IMG/VR virus record: IMGVR_UViG_3300020044_006944
Span: 1-25,420 of that record
DNA from: a virus
Taxonomy: Duplodnaviria > Caudoviricetes
Reading direction: 5' to 3' (one strand)
DNA length: 25,420 nt
Shown here: positions 15,077 to 24,715 of the stretch, piece by piece
Layout: every line of letters begins with the position of its first letter
How positions within the stretch are numbered: the first letter of the stretch is position 1
Translations under genes and position numbers: made by a program
Notes under the pieces: generated by a model
Database searches by the model: none
What the model was told of the DNA's origin: nothing
Seen by the model: only the letters and a program-made list of their open reading frames with translations

Positions 15077-15568
15077 ATGCAGCCAGTTTTAAACTATGTT
15101 GATAAAGGCGCAGGAATGGCTCGCGCTATTCGCGCAGCGGGTTACGTAATAGCAATCATGGACGGGGTAGCTATGTGTGATAACCCTATTGCTGTACAAG
15201 AAATTATTGATAATTTTGATCCATTGCCTGCAGCGCAGGCGGATAAATGGGAAGAAATAAAAGCTGAACGCGATAAGCGACAACTTTTACCTATTACTGT
15301 TAACGGAAAACAATTTCATAGCGATCAAAGTTCGCGCATTCAGCAGTTAGGTTTAGTATTTATGGGGCAAAATATTCCACCTAATTTGCAGTGGAAAACA
15401 ATAGACGATACATTTGTCACTATGACACCGACGTTAGCATTGGAAATATTTGCTACTACAGCATCGCACGATCAAGCCGTATTTGCTGCTGCTGAACAGC
15501 ATCGATTGTCAATGTTAGCATCAAACGATCCTATTAATTACGATTTTTCTAGTGGTTGGCCTGCATGA
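15077..15568 (+). CDS. DUF4376-like protein (fibre-assembly associated)
   Basis: KWEEIKAERD, G..FHSD..SRIQ.LGL, WKT.D..FV.MT, C-terminal YDFSSGWP. Confidence 0.8.
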   Translation: MQPVLNYVDKGAGMARAIRAAGYVIAIMDGVAMCDNPIAVQEIIDNFDPLPAAQADKWEEIKAERDKRQLLPITVNGKQFHSDQSSRIQQLGLVFMGQNIPPNLQWKTIDDTFVTMTPTLALEIFATTASHDQAVFAAAEQHRLSMLASNDPINYDFSSGWPA

Positions 15569-16302
15569 CATACGGCAAGAGTCCATATGCTAAAGTTTCG
15601 TATGGCAAAACTGCTGAGGTTGCCGCCGCTGGTGCATCTGGGTCATTGGCAAAGACAAATAACAATGATTCCATATCCGCAAGTGGCACAACAACAATTG
15701 TTGGTAGTCTTGCGTACACAAATCAAAATGATACTGTTGCTGCTAGTGGGGCAAGTGGGCTTGATAATGTAGGAACATCGTCCACAATAAACTTAAATGA
15801 CGGCTTAAATGCAAATGGGACCACCACAATTGTAGGTAGTGTTAATTATTTAAATAATAATGATAGTGTTAGCAGTTTAGGCTTTTCTGGGTCAATTACT
15901 GGAAATATTGCGTATGTTAATCAAAATGATACAGCGCAAGCAATTGGAATTGGCTCTACAGTTACTGTAGGTGGTGGCTATGGTTACGGCTATGGCTACG
16001 CAAAAAGAAAAACAACCGTAAAAGAGGATAGAGAAAAATTAGGAATAATTCCCAAGTCCGTAAAGAAGATAATTAAAAAGGTCGCGGAAGAAAATGCAAC
16101 TTTTAAAAAAGAAAAAGAAGCGTTAGTAGAATTAAAAACAATTTTATCTAGTAAGAAAATTGATGTTAAAAAATCGTATGAGGATGAACTAAAGAATCAA
16201 ATTGAGCGTTCTGTTGATCTGGAAATTTATAAGTTATTAAAAATTCAGAAAGAAAGAGACGATCAAGATGAGGAGGAGTCCGCATTTTGGCTACTAATGT
16301 AA
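15565..16302 (+). CDS. repeat-containing hypothetical structural protein
   Basis: ATG 15565 in an ATGA overlap; five G-x5-N-x-N-D repeats, GYG linker, K/E-rich tail ending DEEESAFWLLM. Confidence 0.7.
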   Translation: MTYGKSPYAKVSYGKTAEVAAAGASGSLAKTNNNDSISASGTTTIVGSLAYTNQNDTVAASGASGLDNVGTSSTINLNDGLNANGTTTIVGSVNYLNNNDSVSSLGFSGSITGNIAYVNQNDTAQAIGIGSTVTVGGGYGYGYGYAKRKTTVKEDREKLGIIPKSVKKIIKKVAEENATFKKEKEALVELKTILSSKKIDVKKSYEDELKNQIERSVDLEIYKLLKIQKERDDQDEEESAFWLLM

Positions 16303-16332
16303 CAACGTCAACAACCATAAAGGATTGACAAA

Positions 16333-17154
16333 ATGAATGAAGAAATAATTGCACAAGAATCTGACGATATTGTTAATAATGTTGATTCTGATAATTTATT
16401 TGACGATGATGAAAATGATATTGAAGAAATTGTAGATGATTCTGAAGAATTAGAGCTTGACGGAAAAGTATATAAAGTTCCAAAAGCAATTAAATCAGCC
16501 GTAATGAAAAATGCTGATGACACACAAAAAATACAAGAATTGGCAAGGGAAAGAGAAGCAATTGCAAAAATTAAAGAAGATGCTCAAAAATATAAAGAAA
16601 ATATAAAGACAAATATTCAAGAACGTGGTAGGTTATCGGCAATAAATGATACTTTGCAACAATTTGAACATATAAATTGGGGGGAGTTAGCAGATCAAGA
16701 CCAATTGTTAGCAACTAAGTTGTGGATGCAAAAGTCGCAATTAAAAGATGCTGCAATAGAGTTGCAAAATAAATTGAATAATGAAGAACGGAAAGCCGAG
16801 GAGCAGGAGCAGCTTTTAGAAGCCAAGCGATTGCAAGAAGGTCAAGCCATTTTATCGGAGAAAATTCCGAACTGGTCGCCAAAGCTAGCAAGTAATTTAG
16901 CTAATTATGCCGGATCTATTGGATGGTCGGAAGGTGAAATTAAAAAAATTACTACAGCGCAAGTTATTGCATTACACAGAGCGTTCGTTGGGGATCAATT
17001 GCTGAATAAGCAAAATCCTAAAGTAAAAAGCGAAGTTGTTAAGCCTGTGACTAAATTGGGAGGAAGCGCATCGATTAAAAAAGATCCTTCAGCTATGAGT
17101 GATAAAGAATTTGCCGCAATGCGGCGACAACAGATTAAAAACAGAAATAATTAA
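16333..17154 (+). CDS. capsid scaffolding protein
   Basis: Acidic N-terminus, coiled coil, basic C-terminal helix MSDKEFAAMRRQQ; directly upstream of the coat gene. Confidence 0.8.
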   Translation: MNEEIIAQESDDIVNNVDSDNLFDDDENDIEEIVDDSEELELDGKVYKVPKAIKSAVMKNADDTQKIQELAREREAIAKIKEDAQKYKENIKTNIQERGRLSAINDTLQQFEHINWGELADQDQLLATKLWMQKSQLKDAAIELQNKLNNEERKAEEQEQLLEAKRLQEGQAILSEKIPNWSPKLASNLANYAGSIGWSEGEIKKITTAQVIALHRAFVGDQLLNKQNPKVKSEVVKPVTKLGGSASIKKDPSAMSDKEFAAMRRQQIKNRNN

Positions 17155-17178
17155 TTTTAAATTAAATAAGGAATAAAA

Positions 17179-18375
17179 ATGGCAAATACTAATGCAACTA
17201 TTGACATGGTAACGCGTGAAGCGCTACGCATTGCTCATGAAAAAATCCAATTTATTGGAACTGTGGATCGTCAATATGATGATTCATTTGGCAAAACTGG
17301 TGGAAAAATTGGTTCTACACTACGCGTTCGCAAACCAAATCAATACACGCGCACAACTGGTTCCCGCGTAATGGATGTTCAAGACCAGCAAGAGGCAACA
17401 GCAACAATCACAGTTGCGACACAGGATCACGTTGACATGCGTTTTAATTCTGCTGAGTTAGCATTGTCTATTGATGAAATTAGTCGTCGTTATATTGAGC
17501 CTGCGGTATCTCAATTGATCTCTGGCATTGAAGCTGACTTTTTAGCGTTTGCTACCAAGGCAACTTATAATGTCGCTGGAACTGCTGGAACGGCTATTAC
17601 TTCACTTGCAACGCCTGGCGCAGCACGTGCAAAACTGAATCAAAACCTTGCGCCTAAGTCAGATCGTTATATTCAGATGGATTCCATTACAATGGGCGGT
17701 TTGGTAAATGGTGTTGCTACCTATTTTAATCCTCCAAAAGATATTGGTGAGCAATATAGGGAAGGGCTGGTATCGCGTACCTCAATGGCTGATTACTACG
17801 AAAATGAGCGTGTATGGACGGCACAAAACACGGCAGATGTCGCAGGCGAAATTAACGGTGGGACATTGACAAGTGGTATTACATCGTTGACAGTAGATGG
17901 CTTAACAGTTGCGCCAACTGCTGGCATGGTGTTTACAATTGAGGGTACTTATGACGTTCATCCTGAAACAAAGGTTGCTTACCCACACTTAAAGCAATTT
18001 GTTTGCTCTGCTGGATGTACCACAACTAACCTTGTATTTACTCCTGCAATTATTTATAGCACAACTGATGCACGTCAAAATTGTTCTGGTGCCCCTACAG
18101 ACAATGACGATATTACTTTTGTCGGTGCTGCATCTACAAACTACGTTCAACCGCTGATGTATCACAAAGAAGCATTCCAGTTTATCACTGCCGACCTTCC
18201 ATTAATGGCAAGTTCTGAAAAGTGCGTTCGTCGCACACAAGATGGCTTGTCAATGCGAGTATGGCAGGATTCAGATATTCGCAATGATGAATTGCTTATG
18301 CGTATTGATATTTTGTACGGCATGGCTGCATTGCGTCCTGAATGGGCTTGTCGCATGATTGGCGCAGCGGGCTAA
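17179..18375 (+). CDS. major capsid protein, P22 gp5-like
   Basis: MAN....IDMVTREAL, KIG.TLRVRKP, C-terminal RIDILYG...LRPEWACR; SD TAAGGA. Confidence 0.93.
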   Translation: MANTNATIDMVTREALRIAHEKIQFIGTVDRQYDDSFGKTGGKIGSTLRVRKPNQYTRTTGSRVMDVQDQQEATATITVATQDHVDMRFNSAELALSIDEISRRYIEPAVSQLISGIEADFLAFATKATYNVAGTAGTAITSLATPGAARAKLNQNLAPKSDRYIQMDSITMGGLVNGVATYFNPPKDIGEQYREGLVSRTSMADYYENERVWTAQNTADVAGEINGGTLTSGITSLTVDGLTVAPTAGMVFTIEGTYDVHPETKVAYPHLKQFVCSAGCTTTNLVFTPAIIYSTTDARQNCSGAPTDNDDITFVGAASTNYVQPLMYHKEAFQFITADLPLMASSEKCVRRTQDGLSMRVWQDSDIRNDELLMRIDILYGMAALRPEWACRMIGAAG

Positions 18376-18384
18376 TATATAACC

Positions 18385-18416
18385 GCAACCGTTATTTGAC
18401 GGTTGCTAACTATTTT
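18385..18416 (+). terminator. hairpin / weak terminator after the coat gene
   Basis: GCAACCGT-TATTTG-ACGGTTGC then TAACTATTTT. Confidence 0.55.
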
Positions 18417-18430
18417 ATAAAGGATTAAAA

Positions 18431-18922
18431 ATGGCTATTTCTACAGATTTGGAACGTTTGGGTTACGGTTCTCCGGCTGGATGTATTGCGACTGGTCAAC
18501 ACGTGCCGGTTATTCAATCAGTCGGCGCTACTCGCACTTTGTTGGCTGAGGAATCTGGCTCTTTGTGCTTGCTTGATTCTGCTAGTGGCGTTGTTTATAC
18601 ACTGCCGACGCCAGTAGAAGGTATGTACTTTGATTTTTCTGCTACTGTTGCAGTTACCTCAAATGCGTACAAAGTTGTGACTGCTGGCGCATCTGACTAC
18701 ATTGTCGGTAACGTGTTAATTGGTGATACCGTAGTGGCACAATCAGGTGATGTATTTGTTGCTGATGGTACTACAATTCGTGCGATTTCTGAAGATGGCG
18801 CAACTAAAGGCGGTCTAGTTGGTGGTCGTTATCGTTTAACGGCTATTTCCGGTTCTAAATGGCTGATTAACGGCGTTACGCATGGCACTGGCACACTTGC
18901 TACACCATTTGCAACTAGTTAA
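18431..18922 (+). CDS. putative capsid decoration/cement protein
   Basis: Follows the coat gene; TL..EESG, YTLP....G..F.F, ATPFATS beta-rich pattern. Confidence 0.6.
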   Translation: MAISTDLERLGYGSPAGCIATGQHVPVIQSVGATRTLLAEESGSLCLLDSASGVVYTLPTPVEGMYFDFSATVAVTSNAYKVVTAGASDYIVGNVLIGDTVVAQSGDVFVADGTTIRAISEDGATKGGLVGGRYRLTAISGSKWLINGVTHGTGTLATPFATS

Positions 18923-18932
18923 GTAAATAAGC

Positions 18933-18966
18933 GAGGTTGCGTTAAAATTATGAGTAACGTAACCTC
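18933..18966 (+). terminator. hairpin after the decoration gene
   Basis: GAGGTTGCGTTA / TAACGTAACCTC, 12 bp with one G-U pair; U-tract is poor. Confidence 0.45.
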
Positions 18967-18985
18967 TCTTAAATAAGGATGAAAA

Positions 18986-19177
18986 ATGATTACTTGGATG
19001 ACGCATGAGTTGCATGGAAAGCATCCAGCGGTTGGCACTGAAATTGAAGAAATGAAAAAAAATGGTTGGGTTGTTTATGAAAAGCCGGTAAAAATTATTA
19101 CAGTAGATACACCAAAAGAAATTTTGGCTGAAGAAGTGCAAATAGTAAAAAAACGTGGACGACCACATAAAGGTTAA
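18986..19177 (+). CDS. small hypothetical protein with KKRGRP tail
   Basis: SD TAAGGA; AT-hook-like terminus. Confidence 0.7.
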   Translation: MITWMTHELHGKHPAVGTEIEEMKKNGWVVYEKPVKIITVDTPKEILAEEVQIVKKRGRPHKG

Positions 19178-19179
19178 TT

Positions 19180-19815
19180 ATGGCAATAACCACTTATAAC
19201 GAATTAAAAGCAGAAGTTGCTAAGTGGCTACAAACTGACGCGCTGACTGATGAAATTCCTAATTTTATTCATTTTGCCGAAATTGAATTAAATGCAGAAT
19301 TGCAAAATAGGGATATGCAAGTTGATGAGCAATTGAATTTATTAGCTGGCGCATCAACCGTAGTGTTGCCTTCTGGATTTATTAATCCTATTTCTTTAGA
19401 GTTGGTAATCGCTGGCGAAGATAATACAGCTTTAAAATATATACGCCCGCAAGATGTAGTAAAAAATGTTGCTATGTCGACTCGTCCTGAGTATTGGACA
19501 ATTAACGGTGGATACATTGAATTTCCAAACCCGTCAGATCAAGTGTATGAATTAGCTTTTAGAATGTTAAAGGGGTATGATTTAGCTACCACATTAACAA
19601 ATTCTTTATTAACAAAATACCCTTTGCTTTATTTGTATGGTGCGCTTACGCAGGGTGCAATATATGCCCGTGAAGATGGTAGAATCGAATTATTTAATGC
19701 GCAATATAATAAAATTTTGGCAAAAGTAAAGCAAGTTGAAGGCAGAAACAATCGGCTAGTTACTTTGCGAACTGAATTTTCTAGCGCAAAAAGTTCAAAT
19801 ATTATAGCGGGGTAA
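19180..19815 (+). CDS. head-tail adaptor protein
   Basis: MAITTY.ELK..VA.WL, IP.FI..AE, LP..F, P.PD/S..Y, TN.LL..YP..YLYGAL. Confidence 0.75.
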   Translation: MAITTYNELKAEVAKWLQTDALTDEIPNFIHFAEIELNAELQNRDMQVDEQLNLLAGASTVVLPSGFINPISLELVIAGEDNTALKYIRPQDVVKNVAMSTRPEYWTINGGYIEFPNPSDQVYELAFRMLKGYDLATTLTNSLLTKYPLLYLYGALTQGAIYAREDGRIELFNAQYNKILAKVKQVEGRNNRLVTLRTEFSSAKSSNIIAG

Positions 19816-19817
19816 TA

Positions 19818-21854
19818 ATGGCTTTAGAGTCAGGAACGTATGTAGATGATTTAGTAGTAACTAACCCTGTCAGCGCTGACGATTTAGTTCGTTATGGTGC
19901 GGATCATTTAAGATTGCTTAAAAATACTATTAAGGCGTCGTTTGCGGGATTTACGGATGCAATTTGCGTTACTGGCGTGGATGGTGGTGCAGCGAATGTT
20001 TATACATTAACGCCATCAACGCCATTACCATCATACGGATCGCGTATGATTATTGTGTTTTCTCCTGCGGTAGCAAATACTGGGTCGGCAACAATTAATA
20101 TTTCTGGACTTGGCGCAAAAGCCGTTAAAAGTGTTTCTAACTCTGCATTAGTGGCTGGCGATTTAGTTGTTAATGTAATTTATGTTGCCTTGTATAACGG
20201 TACAGAATTTCAATTGCTTGCCCCAACAAAAAATTATATTGATCTATTAGATTTGGCGCAAAAAGACTACATAGATCAAATTGTTTTTACGTCTGAGCTT
20301 CCCGCACAAGGCGGTAATGCTAATAAGTACGTTCGCACTAATGGCACTGCTGCATCTTGGCAGTATGCGGGAATGGAATTAGCTAACCCTGCTGGCGCAA
20401 CCTTGACAAATGGAACTACTTATCAGGCATTTATTGCAAATGCAGCTTACACATTACCTGACTTTACTAATTCAAAAACCTTTGGATTAGCAAGTCTGTC
20501 AAATTCTCCTGCCGTTCCGTCTACTGTAACCACGTCTGATGGTTGGACAATTGCTCCAGATTTAGCGGCAAATACTTTTAAAGCAATTGCGCCATTAACA
20601 ACGGCAACCGCCCATGGTGCATGGGGTAATATATTAATGACTCCATCAATATTTTGTTCGATTACCGCCGCAAGTGCGCCGACAATATTGGGAGTTGCTG
20701 AATTAAGTAGCACGTTAAGCGTTATTTTATATGGTGTGTCAAGTAACACAACAATGTATGTTGTTGCTATTAACCCTGTTACCGGCAATTGTGGTACTCC
20801 ATTATCATTAGGTACTACTACTGACGTACAGCCACATATTTTTGCTGATTCTGCTAATACTTTTGTAGTTGGGTTTAATAACGCTGTAGGCTCGGCTGTT
20901 ATAGCTGGCAATATTTCTTCTCTTGCAATAACTGTAGGCAGCATAGTAAATGGCACATACAGCTATGTTGGTTTAATACAATTGGCGCAAGGATTATATC
21001 TTCATTCGCCACACAATGGCACAGTAGAAGCGTTTTCTGTTTCTGGTACGGTGGTGCAAATAGGTAATAATTTAAGCATTGGTACAAATTATGCAGAGAT
21101 TGTTAAAATCAGCGCGACTCAAGCATTGGCGGTGGGATGCACGACAACAAGTCCCGCACAAATGCAAGCCGTAGTTATAACTGTTACTGGCAGCACTTCG
21201 GCGGCTGGAACTGTATATTCTGCTGCAACATCTGTGGTTCACAATGGCGGAAAAGTACCTAGATTCTTAAAAAGTTTATTCAATGGCGCTTATGTTGCGT
21301 TTTTTGAAAATCAATCGCCTACGACAACTGGTGATTATTACGCAATGACTGTATCTGGAACCGTTGTTGCGATTGGCACTGTTTTGCAAATAGCAAATAG
21401 TTTGCCGAGTGCAGCACGCCCATTAACTTATACTTACCCTTCTGCCGAAGATACTTCGCAACGGGTTGTTGTATATAGTAGTAATCAATTATTAGTTGGA
21501 TTATCTGATGGCGCTATCGCATTAAGTGTAACGGGCACAACCATAACAAATGGGGCAAAGTTTGGAACGGCATCGACAAAATTTGTTACTGACGCTCAAA
21601 CTGGGTTAAATTTTTATGCTGTAACGAGCACCACAATTGACAAGATTACAGTAGCAACTACAACCATATCATCTAGTTATCAATTAGTTTCTTCCCCTGT
21701 AATAGTAGCGGCGGATACAATGAATGATAAGGTAGTAAGTTACTCTGGTACGTGGTACAGATGGACACTGCCAACAATGAGTCACGCAGTCACTTACAAT
21801 AAATGGTTAAGTGTAAATAGTTCTGACATTAGATTATATGGTGAAATATCATGA
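19818..21854 (+). CDS. tail fibre / receptor-binding protein
   Basis: N-terminal MALE..TY..DL..TNP...D.....DHLRLLK anchor, NTG.ATIN..GLGAK, LPAQ.GNA.K...T.GT..SW; C-terminal beta repeats (T/S)V(S/T)GT. Confidence 0.7.
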   Translation: MALESGTYVDDLVVTNPVSADDLVRYGADHLRLLKNTIKASFAGFTDAICVTGVDGGAANVYTLTPSTPLPSYGSRMIIVFSPAVANTGSATINISGLGAKAVKSVSNSALVAGDLVVNVIYVALYNGTEFQLLAPTKNYIDLLDLAQKDYIDQIVFTSELPAQGGNANKYVRTNGTAASWQYAGMELANPAGATLTNGTTYQAFIANAAYTLPDFTNSKTFGLASLSNSPAVPSTVTTSDGWTIAPDLAANTFKAIAPLTTATAHGAWGNILMTPSIFCSITAASAPTILGVAELSSTLSVILYGVSSNTTMYVVAINPVTGNCGTPLSLGTTTDVQPHIFADSANTFVVGFNNAVGSAVIAGNISSLAITVGSIVNGTYSYVGLIQLAQGLYLHSPHNGTVEAFSVSGTVVQIGNNLSIGTNYAEIVKISATQALAVGCTTTSPAQMQAVVITVTGSTSAAGTVYSAATSVVHNGGKVPRFLKSLFNGAYVAFFENQSPTTTGDYYAMTVSGTVVAIGTVLQIANSLPSAARPLTYTYPSAEDTSQRVVVYSSNQLLVGLSDGAIALSVTGTTITNGAKFGTASTKFVTDAQTGLNFYAVTSTTIDKITVATTTISSSYQLVSSPVIVAADTMNDKVVSYSGTWYRWTLPTMSHAVTYNKWLSVNSSDIRLYGEIS

Positions 21855-22123
21855 TTATTTACCCAATAGGTTATGAAAATCCTGTTCCACAATCAGTTAC
21901 TAGGCTACAAGCTCGCTTGGCTTTAATTAATGCGTCTAAGTGGGATTTAATTAAGCCTATTATTTTGGAAATGAGCGATCCAGATAAATCAATTGCGCTG
22001 GCATGGTTTGAGGATTCAATTTATTGGCGTCGAAATGACCCATATGTCATATCAATATCTGCGTTAATTGGATTAACTACTGTAGATGTTGACAATCTAT
22101 TTATTGAAGCGGCAACTTTATAA
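21851..22123 (+). CDS. small fibre-associated protein (chaperone-like)
   Basis: VPQSVT.LQARLAL...W.R.DP.V......GLT...VD.LF..A; ATGA-coupled to the fibre gene. Confidence 0.6.
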   Translation: MIIYPIGYENPVPQSVTRLQARLALINASKWDLIKPIILEMSDPDKSIALAWFEDSIYWRRNDPYVISISALIGLTTVDVDNLFIEAATL

Positions 22124-23676
22124 TGCCATTAGTTAAATTTACAAATGTCGGAGCGTTGGGGCAGAATCGTGACGCCGATGAAATTGACTTAGCATTAACG
22201 CCTGCCTTTGAGTGGAGTGGTGGGAATAATGTAAGGTTTTCTGATGGATATGCAGAAAAGTTTACGGGGGAATCCTCGCATCATGGCGAACCCTCTGTTA
22301 TTCCATATGGAATATTTTTTTCTAATACCGCAAACCGTTATGAAGTTTATACGGGGCTTCAAAAAATATACGCCACTACTGGATCGACGCACACCGATAT
22401 TACTAGATCGTTAGGCAATTACACTGGAACTATAGATAATAAATGGACTGGCGCTGTTTTATCTGGGACATTAATTTTAAATAATGGAGTAGATGATCCA
22501 CAATTTTGGGCTGGTAATATTGGAACGCCTTGCGCAAAATTAACAAATTGGCCTGCAAGCACAAAAGCAAAAGTAGTTAGGGTATTTGATAACTTTATAA
22601 TTGCGTTAAATATTACTGAGGGAAGCACAAACTACCCAAGCATGGTGCGGTGGTCAACTCCTGCCGACCCAGGTACATTGCCTGCATCATGGGACTACAC
22701 ATCTACTACAAATGATGCTGGTCGCGTTGAAGGCGTTTTATCTAGTACACCGGACAAAATAGTGGACGGATTGGCGCAAGAAAATACTTTTTTTATTTAT
22801 AAAGAAAGTAGCATATATGCAATGCAATACATTGGCGGCAAGCAGATATTTAGATTTTCAAGCGTTAGCAAAATAGCTGGCGCTATGGGAATTGATTGTA
22901 ATGCATCAACACCTGTAGGGCATGTAATTTTATCGGATGGCGATGTATTAATTAATCAAGGCGGCAATATTCAATCAATCATTGATAAGCGAATGAGAAG
23001 ATGGATATTTAATAATATTGATTCTGATAATAGGCATAGAAGTTTTGTAGTTGCAAACCCATATAAAAATGAGGCATGGATTTGTTATCCAGAAAACGGC
23101 AAAATATGGCCAAATAAAGTCGTTGTGTGGAATTACAAAGATAATACATTTGCTACGCGGGATATTCAGAATTTAACACATGCTAATTCAGGCATTATTA
23201 CAGCCGCTGACACTGATACATGGGATAGCAGAACTGATACATGGAATGATTCTGATGACATTTGGTCAGTCAATAATTATAGTCAAGCATCGACAAGGTT
23301 AGTTTTATGTTCTAGTGATAAAAAATTATTATTAGCTGATTTAACTCGCACCTTTGACGGTGCGAGCATGACATCTTATATTGAGCGAACAGGAATAGAC
23401 TTCGGCTATCCTGAATCAATTAAATTATGTAGTGCCGTTCGTCCTAAATTTGATTCTATTGATGGAACTGTTATTCGTATATATGTTGGGAAACAAGCTA
23501 GTTTAGATAGTGGTATAACATGGTCGTCACCAGTAAATTACACAGTAGGAACGTCATTAAAATGTGATTTTAACGTGTCTGGTAGGTATTTAGCGGTAAA
23601 ATTTGAGTCTATTAATTCCGCACCTTGGCGATTAAAATCATTTGACCTTGACATAAAACAATTAGGAATGTATTAA
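22123..23676 (+). CDS. tail nozzle / DNA stabilization protein (P22 gp10 or T7 gp12-like)
   Basis: WS...NVRF..G, VRWS...DP...W, SGRYLAVKF; beta-propeller size and position. Confidence 0.75.
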   Translation: MPLVKFTNVGALGQNRDADEIDLALTPAFEWSGGNNVRFSDGYAEKFTGESSHHGEPSVIPYGIFFSNTANRYEVYTGLQKIYATTGSTHTDITRSLGNYTGTIDNKWTGAVLSGTLILNNGVDDPQFWAGNIGTPCAKLTNWPASTKAKVVRVFDNFIIALNITEGSTNYPSMVRWSTPADPGTLPASWDYTSTTNDAGRVEGVLSSTPDKIVDGLAQENTFFIYKESSIYAMQYIGGKQIFRFSSVSKIAGAMGIDCNASTPVGHVILSDGDVLINQGGNIQSIIDKRMRRWIFNNIDSDNRHRSFVVANPYKNEAWICYPENGKIWPNKVVVWNYKDNTFATRDIQNLTHANSGIITAADTDTWDSRTDTWNDSDDIWSVNNYSQASTRLVLCSSDKKLLLADLTRTFDGASMTSYIERTGIDFGYPESIKLCSAVRPKFDSIDGTVIRIYVGKQASLDSGITWSSPVNYTVGTSLKCDFNVSGRYLAVKFESINSAPWRLKSFDLDIKQLGMY

Positions 23677-23924
23677 TGGCTTACATACCAGATATTTTGC
23701 CTTATGACATTAAGTTGTTCCCAAAATATTTAAATAATGAATTTCAAAAAATTGAAGAAAGTTTAATAAGCCAAAAAGATATATTGAGCTTATCAAAAAC
23801 AAATGTGTCTCCTTCAAAGGTTAGTGACGGAGATATTCGATTTGCTGATGGTAGTGATTGGAACCCAGGTGCTGGCGCTGGCATTTACGCTTATCATTCT
23901 GGATCGTGGAATAAACTAGGGTAA
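23676..23924 (+). CDS. small tail-associated protein
   Basis: YL.NE...IE, G.I.FADG..WNPG.G.G.Y.Y..G.W; TAATG coupling. Confidence 0.7.
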   Translation: MAYIPDILPYDIKLFPKYLNNEFQKIEESLISQKDILSLSKTNVSPSKVSDGDIRFADGSDWNPGAGAGIYAYHSGSWNKLG

Positions 23925-23936
23925 GGAAAAAACAAA

Positions 23937-24260
23937 ATGATTGGATTGTTAGATATGGCATCGCCGCAACAAAAAATACAGCAGCCGCAACCACAAATGA
24001 TGGGTGGTTTGCTTGATATAAATAATGTAAATAACCAAAATAATTTGTCGCAAAATGAAGGTGACGAAAACGAAAAGATGCTTAATGAAATGTTGCAAAA
24101 CCCAACATTAGAAACAGTGCAAAAAATAATTGAACAAATTTCAATGAATGGAAAGCCAGAATCGCAACAAGTTATTCCAATTCTTGAAAAATTAAAAACG
24201 CCTGAGCAAATTACTGAATTTGCCACTCTAGTAAAACAACAAAGAGCTATTAATGAATAA
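23937..24260 (+). CDS. hypothetical Q/N-rich protein
   Basis: SD TAAGGA; duplicated GLLD motif. Confidence 0.65.
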   Translation: MIGLLDMASPQQKIQQPQPQMMGGLLDINNVNNQNNLSQNEGDENEKMLNEMLQNPTLETVQKIIEQISMNGKPESQQVIPILEKLKTPEQITEFATLVKQQRAINE

Positions 24261-24714
24261 AATTGCAATACAAAGTTCTTTTGTCGAAAAGGGCGAATCT
24301 AATCTATTGCATAGAGAAAAAATAGAAGTTTTGCAAAAAGCCGTTCTGGAATTGCCGCAATCAATGCCTGAATTGGAGCATTTTTTTGCACATAAAATAT
24401 ATGCAAGAAAAGGTGTTATAAAAAAAGGCACAATTTTAATTGGAGCTATAAAAAAATACTCGCACATTAATATTATAGTTTATGGCGATAGTTCGGTATT
24501 TACTGAGGATGGAGAAACAAGAATAAAAGGCCATACTGTTTTAGTATCTCAAGGCGGCACTAAAAGAGTTATATATGCACATGAAGATACTTTATGGATT
24601 ACCATTATTAGCGCAAATGAAACAGATTTGGACAAAGTGGAAGAAGAAGTGTTATGTAAGACATACGATGATTTTTTAAAATATTGCGATAATAAAAAAT
24701 TAATAGGGGAATAA
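24253..24714 (+). CDS. cupin-like phage protein
   Basis: LEHFFA...YAR...I.KGT.L.G, VS..GTKRV.YAHEDT.W.T double-stranded beta-helix pattern. Confidence 0.7.
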   Translation: MNKIAIQSSFVEKGESNLLHREKIEVLQKAVLELPQSMPELEHFFAHKIYARKGVIKKGTILIGAIKKYSHINIIVYGDSSVFTEDGETRIKGHTVLVSQGGTKRVIYAHEDTLWITIISANETDLDKVEEEVLCKTYDDFLKYCDNKKLIGE

Positions 24715-24715
24715 A

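Noticed and set aside
16504-16545. Scaffold reads ADDTQK where I recall ADYT.K in homologues
   Set aside because: A single-base difference (GAC vs TAC) that cannot be told from ordinary variation or sequencing error without reads.
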